Shown in pieces: positions 1-9,359 of a stretch of 64,000 nucleotides of DNA. Numbering within the stretch: the stretch's first letter is position 1; every line of letters begins with the position of its first letter. The notes under the pieces were generated by a model. The model was not told the origin of the DNA and did not search any database. It saw only the letters and a program-made list of their open reading frames with translations. The position numbers and the translations under genes were made by a program. This DNA comes from an uncultured Pseudomonadota bacterium (GTDB lineage: Bacteria > Pseudomonadota > Alphaproteobacteria > Rs-D84): assembly GCA_902790415.1 (NCBI GenBank), contig CADARU010000007.1:1412-65411 (forward strand), in the 5' to 3' direction.

Positions 1-12
1 AGGTCGGCACAG

Positions 13-483
13 ATGAAAAGATTTTTGTGTTTTTTATTTTTGTGTAGTTGTGGGTTTACACCAATGTTCGCCCATAACGACACAGATGTTTATGTACCTG
101 TGATAAGTGGCATTAATGGCATTGAATTACGCAACGCATTAAATACTAATTTTGGCGGTCAAAAACCCGAAACCGCACCTTATTCATTGGTGGTCAATCT
201 GCGTTCACCCCAAACGAAATACAAGGCCATTGAACCCAGTGGTTACGCAACATGGCAGGAAATAGCCATAACGGCAAATTACACCATAAATTATAATGGT
301 GAAAAAATTGCATCTGGCACTGAAAAGGCATCTGAATCTTATACATTTGTACGATATTTAGTTGCATCAAACGCGGCATATAATAATGCGGTTGAAAACG
401 CCATTAACGTATTGGCAGAAAAAATTAGTGCGCGCGCAATCGCAGAAATCTCGAAACACCAACAGGGAACAGTGCAACAATGA
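13..483 (+). CDS. lptE: LPS-assembly lipoprotein LptE-like
   Basis: Signal peptide with lipobox-like Cys (FLCSCGF). About 156 aa. Overlaps the start of holA, the classic lptE-holA pairing. Resemblance to alphaproteobacterial LptE judged by eye only. Confidence 0.55.
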   Translation: MKRFLCFLFLCSCGFTPMFAHNDTDVYVPVISGINGIELRNALNTNFGGQKPETAPYSLVVNLRSPQTKYKAIEPSGYATWQEIAITANYTINYNGEKIASGTEKASESYTFVRYLVASNAAYNNAVENAINVLAEKISARAIAEISKHQQGTVQQ

Positions 484-1469
484 AATGGAAGGAGTCCGAT
501 TTTTCCAAGGGTATATCTGGCATCAAGGCGGTACTGATTTACGGTCCCGATTCCGGTCAGGTTGATGAACTGTGCGACAAATCTGTTGAATTATTAAATA
601 TTGAAAAAGATAATATTTTTGCCGTTGATTCTAATGAATTGGACGCAAAGCAAGATGCACTCTTTGCCGAGGCATGCACACCATCTATGTTCGGTGGTCG
701 TAAAATGGTTATAATTTCAAATGCCGGCGATTCTGATGCAAAAATAATTCGTGATTTGATTGAACACAGCGCGCTGGATGCAATGGTGGTAATAAGTGCC
801 GGCGATTTACGTTCTGGCGGCGGACTTAGAACACTGTTTGAAAATGGTTCTGATGTTGCGGCAATTGCGTGTTATACTGACGATGCACGAACATTAGAAA
901 CGTTAATAAGAAACGAATTATTTAACAACGCAGGAATAAAACAAATTTCCCCTGATGCAATGTCGTATATGATAACACATTTGGGGGGCGATCGTGGTAT
1001 TACGCGTGGCTTTTTAACAAAAATTGCGCTGTATGTCGATGACAAAAAAACAATCGATTTAGATGATGTTGAAAAATGCTTGCCCGATACCGGCGCATCA
1101 AACGTTGATGATTTCTTGTATTCTTTGACCGCCGGACATATTCAATCCACCATGTTGGCATTAGACCGGTTGTTATACGATAATTTTGAACCAAATATGT
1201 TGATACGTATGTTGGACCGACATTTTAAAACATTATTAACCGCGGTTGTTGATGGACAACTGCCACGCTTGTTTTGGAAGGTTACCGATAAATTCAATAC
1301 TGCGATGAAAATATGGACCGCAAACGAGATAGATTCTGTATTGGTCAGGTTAAATGAATTAGAGGCCCAAATGCGTACCACCGGTATGCCGGTTGAAACA
1401 CTGTTACGGGATTTTTCTTTAAAACTGGTATTAAAAACATACAAAATGTCTGTAAAACGGAGGAATTAA
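480..1469 (+). CDS. holA: DNA polymerase III subunit delta
   Basis: 329 aa. Sits immediately after lptE. N-terminal AVLIYGPDSG clamp-loader-like segment, and length and layout typical of HolA. Confidence 0.8.
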   Translation: MKWKESDFSKGISGIKAVLIYGPDSGQVDELCDKSVELLNIEKDNIFAVDSNELDAKQDALFAEACTPSMFGGRKMVIISNAGDSDAKIIRDLIEHSALDAMVVISAGDLRSGGGLRTLFENGSDVAAIACYTDDARTLETLIRNELFNNAGIKQISPDAMSYMITHLGGDRGITRGFLTKIALYVDDKKTIDLDDVEKCLPDTGASNVDDFLYSLTAGHIQSTMLALDRLLYDNFEPNMLIRMLDRHFKTLLTAVVDGQLPRLFWKVTDKFNTAMKIWTANEIDSVLVRLNELEAQMRTTGMPVETLLRDFSLKLVLKTYKMSVKRRN

Positions 1470-1470
1470 A

Positions 1471-2241
1471 ATGCTTGCATCTGTATATGCCCCCAAAGAT
1501 TTCAAAAGATTACGTGTTGTTGGAGATTTGGTTGCACGTTGCTTTGATTACATAACGCCTTATATCAAGGCCGGTATATCCACCGGGGAAATTGATCGCA
1601 TGGTTGCAGAATTTTTGCGTGAAAACGGTGCGCGTTCATCCGATTTGGGTTACCAAGGATATCCAAAAAGCATTTGTACATCTGTCAATGATGTAATTGT
1701 TCATGGCATTCCCAGTGATGATGTTATATTAAAAGATGGCGACATTGTTAATGTTGATTTAACCGCCGAATACAAGGGTTTTCATGGTGATTCTTCGCGT
1801 ATGTTTATGATAGGAAATGTGTCGCCACGTGCACGCGAATTGGTTCAAACATGTCAAGATGCATTAAACGCGGCAATCGCGGTTTGTGCGCCGGGGGTAC
1901 CACTGTCCGAAATTGGAAAAACTATCGAGGCCGTTGTTAAACCACATGGTTTTTCTATATCGCGCGATTTTGTTGGTCATGGCATTGGCAAGGTTATGCA
2001 TGATGACCCACAGATATATCACTTTTATGACAAAATGTGGGACAAAGTAAAAATGGTTCCTGGATTGGTATTCACAATAGAACCAATGATTAACACCGGT
2101 CGCCCAGAATGCAAAATCGATGCCGATGGTTGGACGGCACGCACCGTTGATGGTGGTTGGTCCGCCCAATGGGAACATACATTGGGTATTACCGAAGATG
2201 GTGTTACAATATTCACAGAAAAAATGATTAACGAAAATTAA
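1471..2241 (+). CDS. map: type I methionine aminopeptidase
   Basis: MetAP motifs present: VIVHGIP, DIVNVD, FVGHGIG, FTIEPM and WSAQWEHT. 256 aa. Confidence 0.93.
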   Translation: MLASVYAPKDFKRLRVVGDLVARCFDYITPYIKAGISTGEIDRMVAEFLRENGARSSDLGYQGYPKSICTSVNDVIVHGIPSDDVILKDGDIVNVDLTAEYKGFHGDSSRMFMIGNVSPRARELVQTCQDALNAAIAVCAPGVPLSEIGKTIEAVVKPHGFSISRDFVGHGIGKVMHDDPQIYHFYDKMWDKVKMVPGLVFTIEPMINTGRPECKIDADGWTARTVDGGWSAQWEHTLGITEDGVTIFTEKMINEN

Positions 2242-2242
2242 T

Positions 2243-2926
2243 ATGTCAAAAACGGACCAAGATTTATTGCTTTATGCGGGTCATCGTCAACGGTTACGGC
2301 AAAAATTTATGGACGATAAATTGACCGGTTATGAAATATTGGAATTACTGCTTAGTTACGCAATTCCACGCAAAGACGTACGCCCTTTGTCGCGATTGTT
2401 ATACAAACAATTTGGAAACCCACACTCAATACTGGCGGCACCGATAGAAGAATTATTAAAGGTCCCCGGTCTTGGCCAAAACACCGCCGTTTTTATCAAG
2501 GCCATCGCAACATTGATGGTTGAATCTTATCGGTCTGAAATGAAGCAAACCACCATTTTTACCAGCAAAGAAGCGTTGACTAATTATTGCAAAATTATGA
2601 TTGGCGGCAAACCTGTTGAAGAAATGCACGTATTATATTTAGACAACGCAAAACGTTTATTACTGGACCACGTGCACAGTATTGGCGCATCTGATTGGAC
2701 GGCGGTTCATCCTGATGAGATTACACGACTGGCATTATTGCTACGTGCAAAATCTATTGTTATGATTCACAATCACCCGACACCATATACATCTTTTTCT
2801 AATCAAGATATTGAAATCACAACCCAGATAAAAAATATTCTAAACCAATTAGACATAGAAATATATGACCATTATGTAATATCTGGCGATATATTGTATT
2901 CTATGCGCGAATCATATTGCCTGTAA
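2243..2926 (+). CDS. radC: RadC-family JAB/MPN domain protein
   Basis: C-terminal JAMM-like motif IHNHPTP...SNQD. N-terminal HhH-like region LLELLLSYAIPRKDV. 227 aa. Confidence 0.85.
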   Translation: MSKTDQDLLLYAGHRQRLRQKFMDDKLTGYEILELLLSYAIPRKDVRPLSRLLYKQFGNPHSILAAPIEELLKVPGLGQNTAVFIKAIATLMVESYRSEMKQTTIFTSKEALTNYCKIMIGGKPVEEMHVLYLDNAKRLLLDHVHSIGASDWTAVHPDEITRLALLLRAKSIVMIHNHPTPYTSFSNQDIEITTQIKNILNQLDIEIYDHYVISGDILYSMRESYCL

Positions 2927-3568
2927 TTATTCTTGGGATACTTGTTCGGCATCGGATGAAATTTCTGTTACATCTTCATTAACAGTATTATTTTCTGGCT
3001 GTGCAGATTCTTGTTGTACCTGTTGGGCGTTTTCTTGGGCGGTTAATTGCGCATCTAATTCATCAGAAACCGATTCCAAATTTTGAATCGCCTTTAATGC
3101 CGCCTCGCCATCAGGAATTGTCGCAACAGATTCTTTTGGACCAGAATCGTATATATCTATATCTTCATACAGCATGTATTCCATTTCGCCGTTTTGTGCG
3201 CGTGTTGCCAATATAGAATTGACTTCTGATATTGGAACCTGGACTTTTTTACATGCCGCTGCTAATAAATCGCCACCATAGATTAAATTCATAATTGGAC
3301 CAGCAACAGACACAATCCCACAAACCAAAAATAGATTTTTAAAATTGTTTACTATATCACCTTTGATTCCGCGAATTTTTGCAACACCCCACGCAATCAA
3401 CAACAATCCAGACATTACACAAAGTATAATCCACGCATATTCCATAAACGTCTGAAAAGCGCGCACCGGGCAAGATGGATCTTCCAAATACAAAAACGTA
3501 TCATCGGAACCCAACACCGTCAGGCCCGCCGATGTTAACATTTTAATAATGGTTTCTATTTCTGGCAC
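2927..3568 (-). CDS. hypothetical membrane protein with acidic/Gln-rich C-terminus
   Basis: 213-aa ORF with two to three hydrophobic segments (WIILCVMSGLLLIAWGV, LFLVCGIVSVAGPIMNLIYG). Stop abuts the radC stop. No family recognised. Confidence 0.5.
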   Translation of the reverse strand: MPEIETIIKMLTSAGLTVLGSDDTFLYLEDPSCPVRAFQTFMEYAWIILCVMSGLLLIAWGVAKIRGIKGDIVNNFKNLFLVCGIVSVAGPIMNLIYGGDLLAAACKKVQVPISEVNSILATRAQNGEMEYMLYEDIDIYDSGPKESVATIPDGEAALKAIQNLESVSDELDAQLTAQENAQQVQQESAQPENNTVNEDVTEISSDAEQVSQE

Positions 3569-3580
3569 GCAAGGTATCCC

Positions 3581-4540
3581 TTAGTTTTTGGATGCAACCC
3601 CCGTAAAAAATCCAGGTATTGTAAATTCTTCATCGTTTGCCGCGATACCGGCCCATCCGAACAAATCACCCATAATTCCCGGGTCTTCACGTTTCATTTT
3701 TTTAAATGGCAATATATTTTTTAATTTTCCAATTTTGCTGCGTTGCGCGCTTTTCTTGGGTGGCAATAAATTATCTTGATTTTCTGCAAACTCACTGGCC
3801 AAACTTTCCAACGTAGTATCTGATTCATCAGACAAATAATCCATATCAGATTCTTCATTTTTTATTTCCGGTTGCGCATCTTCACGCAAAGGGGTCATTG
3901 TTTCCAATAATTTTTCCAATGTTTTTTCTGTTTCGTCCGCCGGCATATCATCTTTTACCATATCCGCAACATCTTCCGGTTCTAAATCCGGTTCTTCTGT
4001 CGTCAGAATTTCATCAGAAACATCATCTTGTTCAACAAACTCTTCTTTTGACTTTTGTTGTTTGTCTGTTTCAGGGACCTGGACAACTTCAACATCGTCT
4101 TCTTGTGCCACGACCGACACATTTGATGACAACACAGATAAAATAGGAACCGCAACATCCGTCAAATCTTCAACAACCTGGTCCTGGGCGTGCGCAACCG
4201 TTTCTTGGGCCACAGGTTCTTGTACAATCACCTCTTGCGCCACAGATTGTTTTTTTCTGGTGTTTTTCTTTGGAGATTGCGCAACAACTTCGGGCACATC
4301 TATATTTTCTGCCACAGTTTCTTCAATTTTTGGTATTTCTGTTGTATCGGCAACCGAATCGGTCATAACAACGTTATCGGATGCATCCGCACACGCCGCA
4401 AATTCTTCGACAGGAACCCCGAACAGCAACGTATCAGTCCCCAATTTCAAGGTTTTTCGTACTTCTTCAAAAGCATCTTTGACATCTTGCACTTCAAACG
4501 ATTCTGCGCCAGAAATATAAATTATCTTTTTCTTCATCAC
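3581..4540 (-). CDS. hypothetical highly acidic protein
   Basis: 319-aa ORF with a long Asp/Glu/Val/Gln-rich low-complexity centre. More ordered N- and C-terminal ends (C-terminus GDLFGWAGIAANDEEFTIPGFF). No family recognised. Confidence 0.5.
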   Translation of the reverse strand: MMKKKIIYISGAESFEVQDVKDAFEEVRKTLKLGTDTLLFGVPVEEFAACADASDNVVMTDSVADTTEIPKIEETVAENIDVPEVVAQSPKKNTRKKQSVAQEVIVQEPVAQETVAHAQDQVVEDLTDVAVPILSVLSSNVSVVAQEDDVEVVQVPETDKQQKSKEEFVEQDDVSDEILTTEEPDLEPEDVADMVKDDMPADETEKTLEKLLETMTPLREDAQPEIKNEESDMDYLSDESDTTLESLASEFAENQDNLLPPKKSAQRSKIGKLKNILPFKKMKREDPGIMGDLFGWAGIAANDEEFTIPGFFTGVASKN

Positions 4541-4583
4541 GTCCCCTCACAATCTTTCTTGGCGATTATATCACATTTTAGGG

Positions 4584-4829
4584 TTGAACGCATATAAAAA
4601 ATGTCTTAATATATGCAATATGTCAGATATCAAGGAACAAATTTTTCATGAATTGACAAAATTAGAAGAAAGCGCCGCCCGTTTACGCGCCAGTGCCATC
4701 AGTGCCGGCAAACAAACCGACCTGGAAGTTGCAATTTTAACCGAACAGGTTAAAAAACTGCGCGATAAAAACGCCCGGGCGACAGAATTAATCGATCAAT
4801 CTGTTTCTTTATTAAAGAAGTTGCAATGA
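4584..4829 (+). CDS. small coiled-coil protein upstream of zapA (DUF4164-like by position)
   Basis: 81-aa helical ORF that overlaps the zapA start by 4 nt. The real start may be the ATG at 4620 (MSDIKEQ...). Alphaproteobacteria commonly have a small coiled-coil gene before zapA. Confidence 0.45.
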   Translation: MNAYKKCLNICNMSDIKEQIFHELTKLEESAARLRASAISAGKQTDLEVAILTEQVKKLRDKNARATELIDQSVSLLKKLQ

Positions 4830-5113
4830 GTGTAGTTTCCATACCTATTGTTAATAAAAACTATCCTATGGGATGTGAAGACGGTCAAGAAGCCCGTTTG
4901 GTAGAGTTGGGAAAAATGGTTGATGCGCGTGCGCGCCAAATTTTGGACAAAATTGGTCCATTGCCTGAAAATTCACTGCTGGCAACCCTGTGTGTGGTAT
5001 TGGCCGATGAAGTGCGCAGTGCAAAAAACAACGTTCCTGCGGTGTCAGATGCCGATTTACGTGAAATTTTGGCCCGTATACGTGAAATAAAAAACAAAAT
5101 TGATATGCAATAG
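4826..5113 (+). CDS. zapA: cell division protein ZapA
   Basis: 95 aa. N-terminal V.I.I.NK.Y...CEDGQE..L pattern and a helical C-terminus typical of ZapA. Confidence 0.65.
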   Translation: MSVVSIPIVNKNYPMGCEDGQEARLVELGKMVDARARQILDKIGPLPENSLLATLCVVLADEVRSAKNNVPAVSDADLREILARIREIKNKIDMQ

Positions 5114-5163
5114 TATCTTTTTTGGTTGTTATTTTTTATCAAATGTTCTAATTTTATGTTGCT

Positions 5164-7395
5164 ATGACCAAGGAAATTATTGAAAGAATTGAATCACAAC
5201 AACTGGCCGATGCGTTATCTACGCGGTATTTGTCATACGCGGTCAGTACTATTGTGTCGCGCGCCCTGCCCGATGTTCGTGACGGGTTAAAGCCTGTGCA
5301 TCGGCGTATTTTGTATTCTATGTTGCGCCAAAAATTATCCCCAAATGCATCTTTCCGCAAATGTGCAACGGTTGTCGGTGATGTGTTGGGTCACTATCAT
5401 CCACATGGCGATTCGTCTGTTTATGATGCAATGGTTCGCTTGGCCCAGGATTTTTCGGTGCGCTATCCATTAATTGATGGCCAGGGTAACTTTGGTAATA
5501 TTGATGGCGACCCCCAGGCGGCATATCGTTATACCGAATCCAAAATGACCGAAGCGGCAATGCTGATTATGGAAGGCATTGACGAAAACAGTGTTGATAT
5601 GATGCCAAATTTTGACGGAACAACGGTTGAACCGGTTGTTATGCCGGGCGCGTTTCCTAATTTATTGGCAAACGGTGGTATGGGTATCGCGGTTGGTATG
5701 GCAACAAATATTCCAACCCACAACGTGGCCGAGGTTTGCGATGCATTAAACCTGATGGTTGATAAACCGGAATCCACAACCGCACAAATTATAAAGAAAA
5801 TGGTTGGCCCCGATTTCCCAACTGGTGGTGTTTTGATTGACGATTTTGACACAATCGTAAAAAATTATGAAACCGGCAAAGGTGCGTTTCGTATTCGTGC
5901 GCGTTGGGCGCTTGAAGAATTAGAACGTGGCACCTGGCAGGTTGTTATTACCGAAATTCCTTATGGCATTATTAAATCTAAATTGGTTGAACAGATTGGC
6001 GAACTGATTGATGCAAAAAAATTACCGTTGGTCGAAGATATATCTGACGAGTCAACAACCGATGTTCGCATTGTGATAACACCAAAAAATCGTAATGTCC
6101 CCGCAGATAAGATGATGGCACATTTGTTTGCAATGACCGATTTAGAATATCGGTTTAACATGAACTTTAATGTGATTGATTCAAATGGCGCGCCACGTGT
6201 TATGGGTATTCGCGATGTTTTAACTGAATTTATCACACACCAGAAAAATGTTCTGCGTCGTCGAACAAATTGGCGACTGGGGAACATTGATCGCCGTCTG
6301 GAAATTTTGGGCGGATTGCTGGTTGTATATCTAAATTTGGACCGCGTTATTGAAATCATCCGCAACGAAGATGATGCTAAGGCCGTGTTAATGGCTGAAT
6401 TCCAACTGACCGAGGTTCAGGTTGAATCCATATTAAACACACGTTTGCGTGCATTACGCAAACTGGAAGAAATGGAAATTAGACGCGAAGATGCCGCATT
6501 AAAGGCCGAACGCGAACAACTGGTTGCGCTGTTGGGCGATGAAAATCTGCAAAACGAACAGATTAAGGCATGGTTTACCGACATTAAAAAACAATTTGAT
6601 AAAAAGACCGCATTGGGTCGCCGCCGCACCTCGTGGGATGCACAAACCGAAGAAATTGTTGTTAACGCCGAAGAGTTTATCGAGAAAGAACCATTGACCG
6701 TAATTCTTTCTACCATGGGGTGGATACGTGCCGCCAAGGGACATCTGGATTTGAACAATCTGGATTTAAAATTCAAAGAAGGCGATGAATTGGCGTTTGT
6801 ATTTCACGCGATGTCCACCGATAAAATCAACCTGTTTGGCGCATCGGGCCGTATGTTTACATTATCTGCAAACGATTTGCCTTCGGCACGTGGTTTTGGT
6901 GAATCTGTGCGTATGATGGCGGACATTGGTGCAACCGAAGATATTGTTCGCGCCTTTGTTTTGGATACAAACGCAAAATATTTGTTGGTATCGCGCCATG
7001 GCAACGGTTTTATCATAAGTGGTGAAAATTGTATTGCCCAAACCAGAAATGGTAAACAAGTTATGAACGTGGACGAAAAAAATCCGGCGATTTTGTGTGT
7101 TCCGGTTACTGGTGATACGGTCGCAATGTCGGGCTCTAATGATAAATTGTTAATATTTGCCACCGCAGAGATTCCAGAAATGATACGTGGCAAGGGAGTT
7201 ATATTACAGAAATACAATGCCGAAAGAACATACGTTTTGGATGTGATGTTCTTTGATGCGGCGGATGGTTTTGGTTGGACAACGGGCCGCGGCACAACAA
7301 AACTGGACGATTGGAAACCATGGGTTGGCCGGCGTGCATCCCAAGGACGCACAATTCCGGTCGGTTTCCCACGCAGTGGTAAGTTTGGAAAATAG
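5164..7395 (+). CDS. parC: DNA topoisomerase IV subunit A
   Basis: 743 aa. [37 protein letters not shown] and YRYTE (catalytic Tyr) motifs. The short C-terminal domain fits ParC rather than GyrA. Confidence 0.9.
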   Translation: MTKEIIERIESQQLADALSTRYLSYAVSTIVSRALPDVRDGLKPVHRRILYSMLRQKLSPNASFRKCATVVGDVLGHYHPHGDSSVYDAMVRLAQDFSVRYPLIDGQGNFGNIDGDPQAAYRYTESKMTEAAMLIMEGIDENSVDMMPNFDGTTVEPVVMPGAFPNLLANGGMGIAVGMATNIPTHNVAEVCDALNLMVDKPESTTAQIIKKMVGPDFPTGGVLIDDFDTIVKNYETGKGAFRIRARWALEELERGTWQVVITEIPYGIIKSKLVEQIGELIDAKKLPLVEDISDESTTDVRIVITPKNRNVPADKMMAHLFAMTDLEYRFNMNFNVIDSNGAPRVMGIRDVLTEFITHQKNVLRRRTNWRLGNIDRRLEILGGLLVVYLNLDRVIEIIRNEDDAKAVLMAEFQLTEVQVESILNTRLRALRKLEEMEIRREDAALKAEREQLVALLGDENLQNEQIKAWFTDIKKQFDKKTALGRRRTSWDAQTEEIVVNAEEFIEKEPLTVILSTMGWIRAAKGHLDLNNLDLKFKEGDELAFVFHAMSTDKINLFGASGRMFTLSANDLPSARGFGESVRMMADIGATEDIVRAFVLDTNAKYLLVSRHGNGFIISGENCIAQTRNGKQVMNVDEKNPAILCVPVTGDTVAMSGSNDKLLIFATAEIPEMIRGKGVILQKYNAERTYVLDVMFFDAADGFGWTTGRGTTKLDDWKPWVGRRASQGRTIPVGFPRSGKFGK

Positions 7396-7418
7396 TAATA
7401 AGTGGATAGTGGTTAGTG
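7394..7418. repeat. GTTAGTG-type stop-rich oligo-repeat copy
   Basis: Directly after the parC stop: TAG TAA TAA GTG GAT AGT GGT TAG TG. Confidence 0.6.
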
Positions 7419-7475
7419 CTGTGTGGTGCTGTTGACACTCTGACGCATCTTTTCGTACCACTATAAAAATTAAAT

Positions 7476-7506
7476 AAAAAACACCACATTGTGTGGTGTT
7501 TTTTTG
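7476..7506. terminator. bidirectional rho-independent terminator
   Basis: A-run, then hairpin ACACCACA-TT-GTGTGGTGT, then T-run. Lies between convergent parC and the 7508..8374 gene. Confidence 0.65.
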
Positions 7507-7507
7507 T

Positions 7508-8374
7508 TTACATTGACATTGCATGGGCTTTGCAAAATTTTAGCAGGGGCTCTGGCAAAGAATATTCGTCAAATGTTTCCAGTACAAGGCGCGCATCCTG
7601 TGGATTGTTTCTTAGGTGCCCAAGCATTATATCAGTCGCCATTGCCAAAAATGTTTTATTTTCTTTGATGTTAATTTTTCCTTCCATTAACAAATCAAAG
7701 TACACACGGTCTTCGTATGACATGTGGTCAACTATTACCGATGCCTGACTTAACAAATATTCAAGTTGTTTTTCTGTTAAATCCAACCGTCCATCATTAT
7801 CTTTTAAATCAAACATCATTTTTACGGTGTTGTATAATGCTTGGTTTGTTTCTCTTAACTTTGCGTTGCGTTTCTTTTTTAATGATATCATAACAAGAAC
7901 TGCTACCAATGCTAAGGCAAGTCCGCTTAGTGTTGTAACGCCCACAGGGTTCACATCACCCTTGTCTGTGACGGGCGAATATGCGAATTTTGGATATTGT
8001 TTACACATTTCGAAAAACTTTTCGTCTTTGATGTCACTAGTCGCTATGATAAATAACAAAAGCGGAAATGCGGTACCGAGCATCAATCCAATTTTATACA
8101 GCCAATCTAGTGCATTTATCGCTTTTTTGCCCTTGACTCTTGGCAAGAAGAAACGGTGAATCGGTTTTTCTCGCACTTGGCGTATTACGGCAAATATTTT
8201 TTCGTCTTGTTCGCGTTGTGCTTGTTGGGCCAAGTTAGCCTCAAGCTCTTTTGCGGCGCGTTCTTCTTCTGCCGCTTTGGCTTCTGCCCTTTTTTTCTCT
8301 TCTTCGGCTGCGGCATTCTTTCGTGCTTCAACTGTTTGCGCGCTCACACCGAAAAACAATTTTTTTTCTGCCAT
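7508..8374 (-). CDS. hypothetical membrane protein (paralog of 30508..31335)
   Basis: 288 aa. Lys/Glu/Ala-rich N-terminus, two hydrophobic segments, and a helical C-terminal domain. That domain's LAMATDIMLGHLRNNPQDARLVLETFDEYSLP resembles AIAIIKGCLEAHPEYIDRVLEVYDPLQIP in 30508..31335. Confidence 0.5.
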   Translation of the reverse strand: MAEKKLFFGVSAQTVEARKNAAAEEEKKRAEAKAAEEERAAKELEANLAQQAQREQDEKIFAVIRQVREKPIHRFFLPRVKGKKAINALDWLYKIGLMLGTAFPLLLFIIATSDIKDEKFFEMCKQYPKFAYSPVTDKGDVNPVGVTTLSGLALALVAVLVMISLKKKRNAKLRETNQALYNTVKMMFDLKDNDGRLDLTEKQLEYLLSQASVIVDHMSYEDRVYFDLLMEGKINIKENKTFLAMATDIMLGHLRNNPQDARLVLETFDEYSLPEPLLKFCKAHAMSM

Positions 8375-8493
8375 GGTAAATCCTTTTTGTTACTATACAC
8401 GATATAGTAATACAAAAAAATAAAATGTCAAGCACAAAAAACATACTTGGTAATATTTTGTGGTCGAGATGAACGCCACTTTGATATAAAATA

Positions 8494-8540
8494 AAAATCA
8501 AAAAAATCTTGTCCCGGTGATTTTTTAAATTTTCTTAATC
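8494..8540 (-). repeat. promoter-like module, variant copy
   Basis: Minus strand reads ATTAAGAAAATTTAAAAAATCACCGGGACAAGATTTTTTTGATTTT. Related to 16667..16714 and to the 68-nt module at 28092 and 30403. Lies about 120 nt upstream of the 7508..8374 start. Confidence 0.5.
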
Positions 8541-8621
8541 GGTTATCGGCGTATTGGTGCTGCACTTGCGTTCGTAACCATCCTTTCGCCTCGAAAAACG
8601 ATTTAAGATTAAACAAAATGC

Positions 8622-8638
8622 TAGTGTTAGTGGTTAGT
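8622..8638. repeat. GTTAGTG-type oligo-repeat copy
   Basis: TAGTGTTAGTGGTTAGT immediately before the terminator. An inverted partner lies at 8771..8794. Confidence 0.6.
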
Positions 8639-8668
8639 AAAAAAAACGCCCAAACGGGCGCTTTTTTA
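8638..8668. terminator. bidirectional terminator downstream of rpmG
   Basis: A-run, hairpin CGCCC-AAAC-GGGCG, T-run. The same hairpin core recurs at about 34852. Confidence 0.6.
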
Positions 8669-8770
8669 TTCTGCTTACGTAAATCGTGGGCAATTTATTT
8701 AATGCCCCACATGCATAAAAAACGGGGGCATCCATCTTCGTTATTGCTTATTCGCAACTGGATGCACCCG

Positions 8771-8794
8771 CACTAACCACTTACACTATCCACC
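8771..8794. repeat. inverted GTTAGTG-type copy (CACTAACCACTTACACTATCCACC)
   Basis: Reverse complement of the GTGGTTAGTG family. Lies just 3' of the rpmG stop. Confidence 0.55.
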
Positions 8795-8799
8795 AACAA

Positions 8800-8973
8800 C
8801 TAGTGTGGCATTTTTGCTTCGGTCATTTCGACGTGTTTACGCAATTTCGGGTCGTATTTACGACGTTTAACCTTGCCAGTTGCGGTTTTATTGTTTTTTG
8901 TTACAGTATAAAAATAACCGGTTTCTTTGTTTTCCAGTTTAATAATTTCTTTGCTACCTTTTTTAGATGCCAT
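8800..8973 (-). CDS. rpmG: 50S ribosomal protein L33
   Basis: Hand translation of the minus strand gives MASKKGSKEIIKLENKETGYFYTVTKNNKTATGKVKRRKYDPKLRKHVEMTEAKMPH (57 aa), the typical L33 pattern. Below the ORF-track size cutoff. Confidence 0.9.
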   Translation of the reverse strand: MASKKGSKEIIKLENKETGYFYTVTKNNKTATGKVKRRKYDPKLRKHVEMTEAKMPH

Positions 8974-9066
8974 TTTTTTGCCTTTTTCTAAATTATGTGT
9001 GCGATTGTATGTTATTTTTTACTGGAAATCAAGTATTTTTTATCATAAAATTGCATCTATCAAAAT

Positions 9067-9151
<85 letters not shown>

Positions 9152-9179
9152 CGAAAAATTGTTAATCCGCATAAACACC

Positions 9180-9296
9180 TTAATACATTGGGTAATTACG
9201 CAAAGGACCATCTGGGCGCGATAAATCAGATTTAACACCGCATCCACCCATCGCAACCGCACATAAACAAACAAAGATTAAAATTATTTTTTTCAT
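9180..9296 (-). CDS. small lipoprotein (38 aa), YifL/LptM-like attachment-site peptide
   Basis: Hand translation gives MKKIILIFVCLCAVAMGGCGVKSDLSRPDGPLRNYPMY. Signal peptide plus lipobox AMGGC. No obvious SD. Too short for the ORF track. Confidence 0.4.
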   Translation of the reverse strand: MKKIILIFVCLCAVAMGGCGVKSDLSRPDGPLRNYPMY

Positions 9297-9359
9297 GATT
9301 TAAATTATATCACACGCAAAAAATATGTCAAACAGCATAAAAAAGAAATAAAATCTAAC

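Noticed and set aside
8803-8991. 62-aa plus-strand ORF
   Set aside because: It is the antisense shadow of rpmG (L33), which is clearly encoded on the minus strand.
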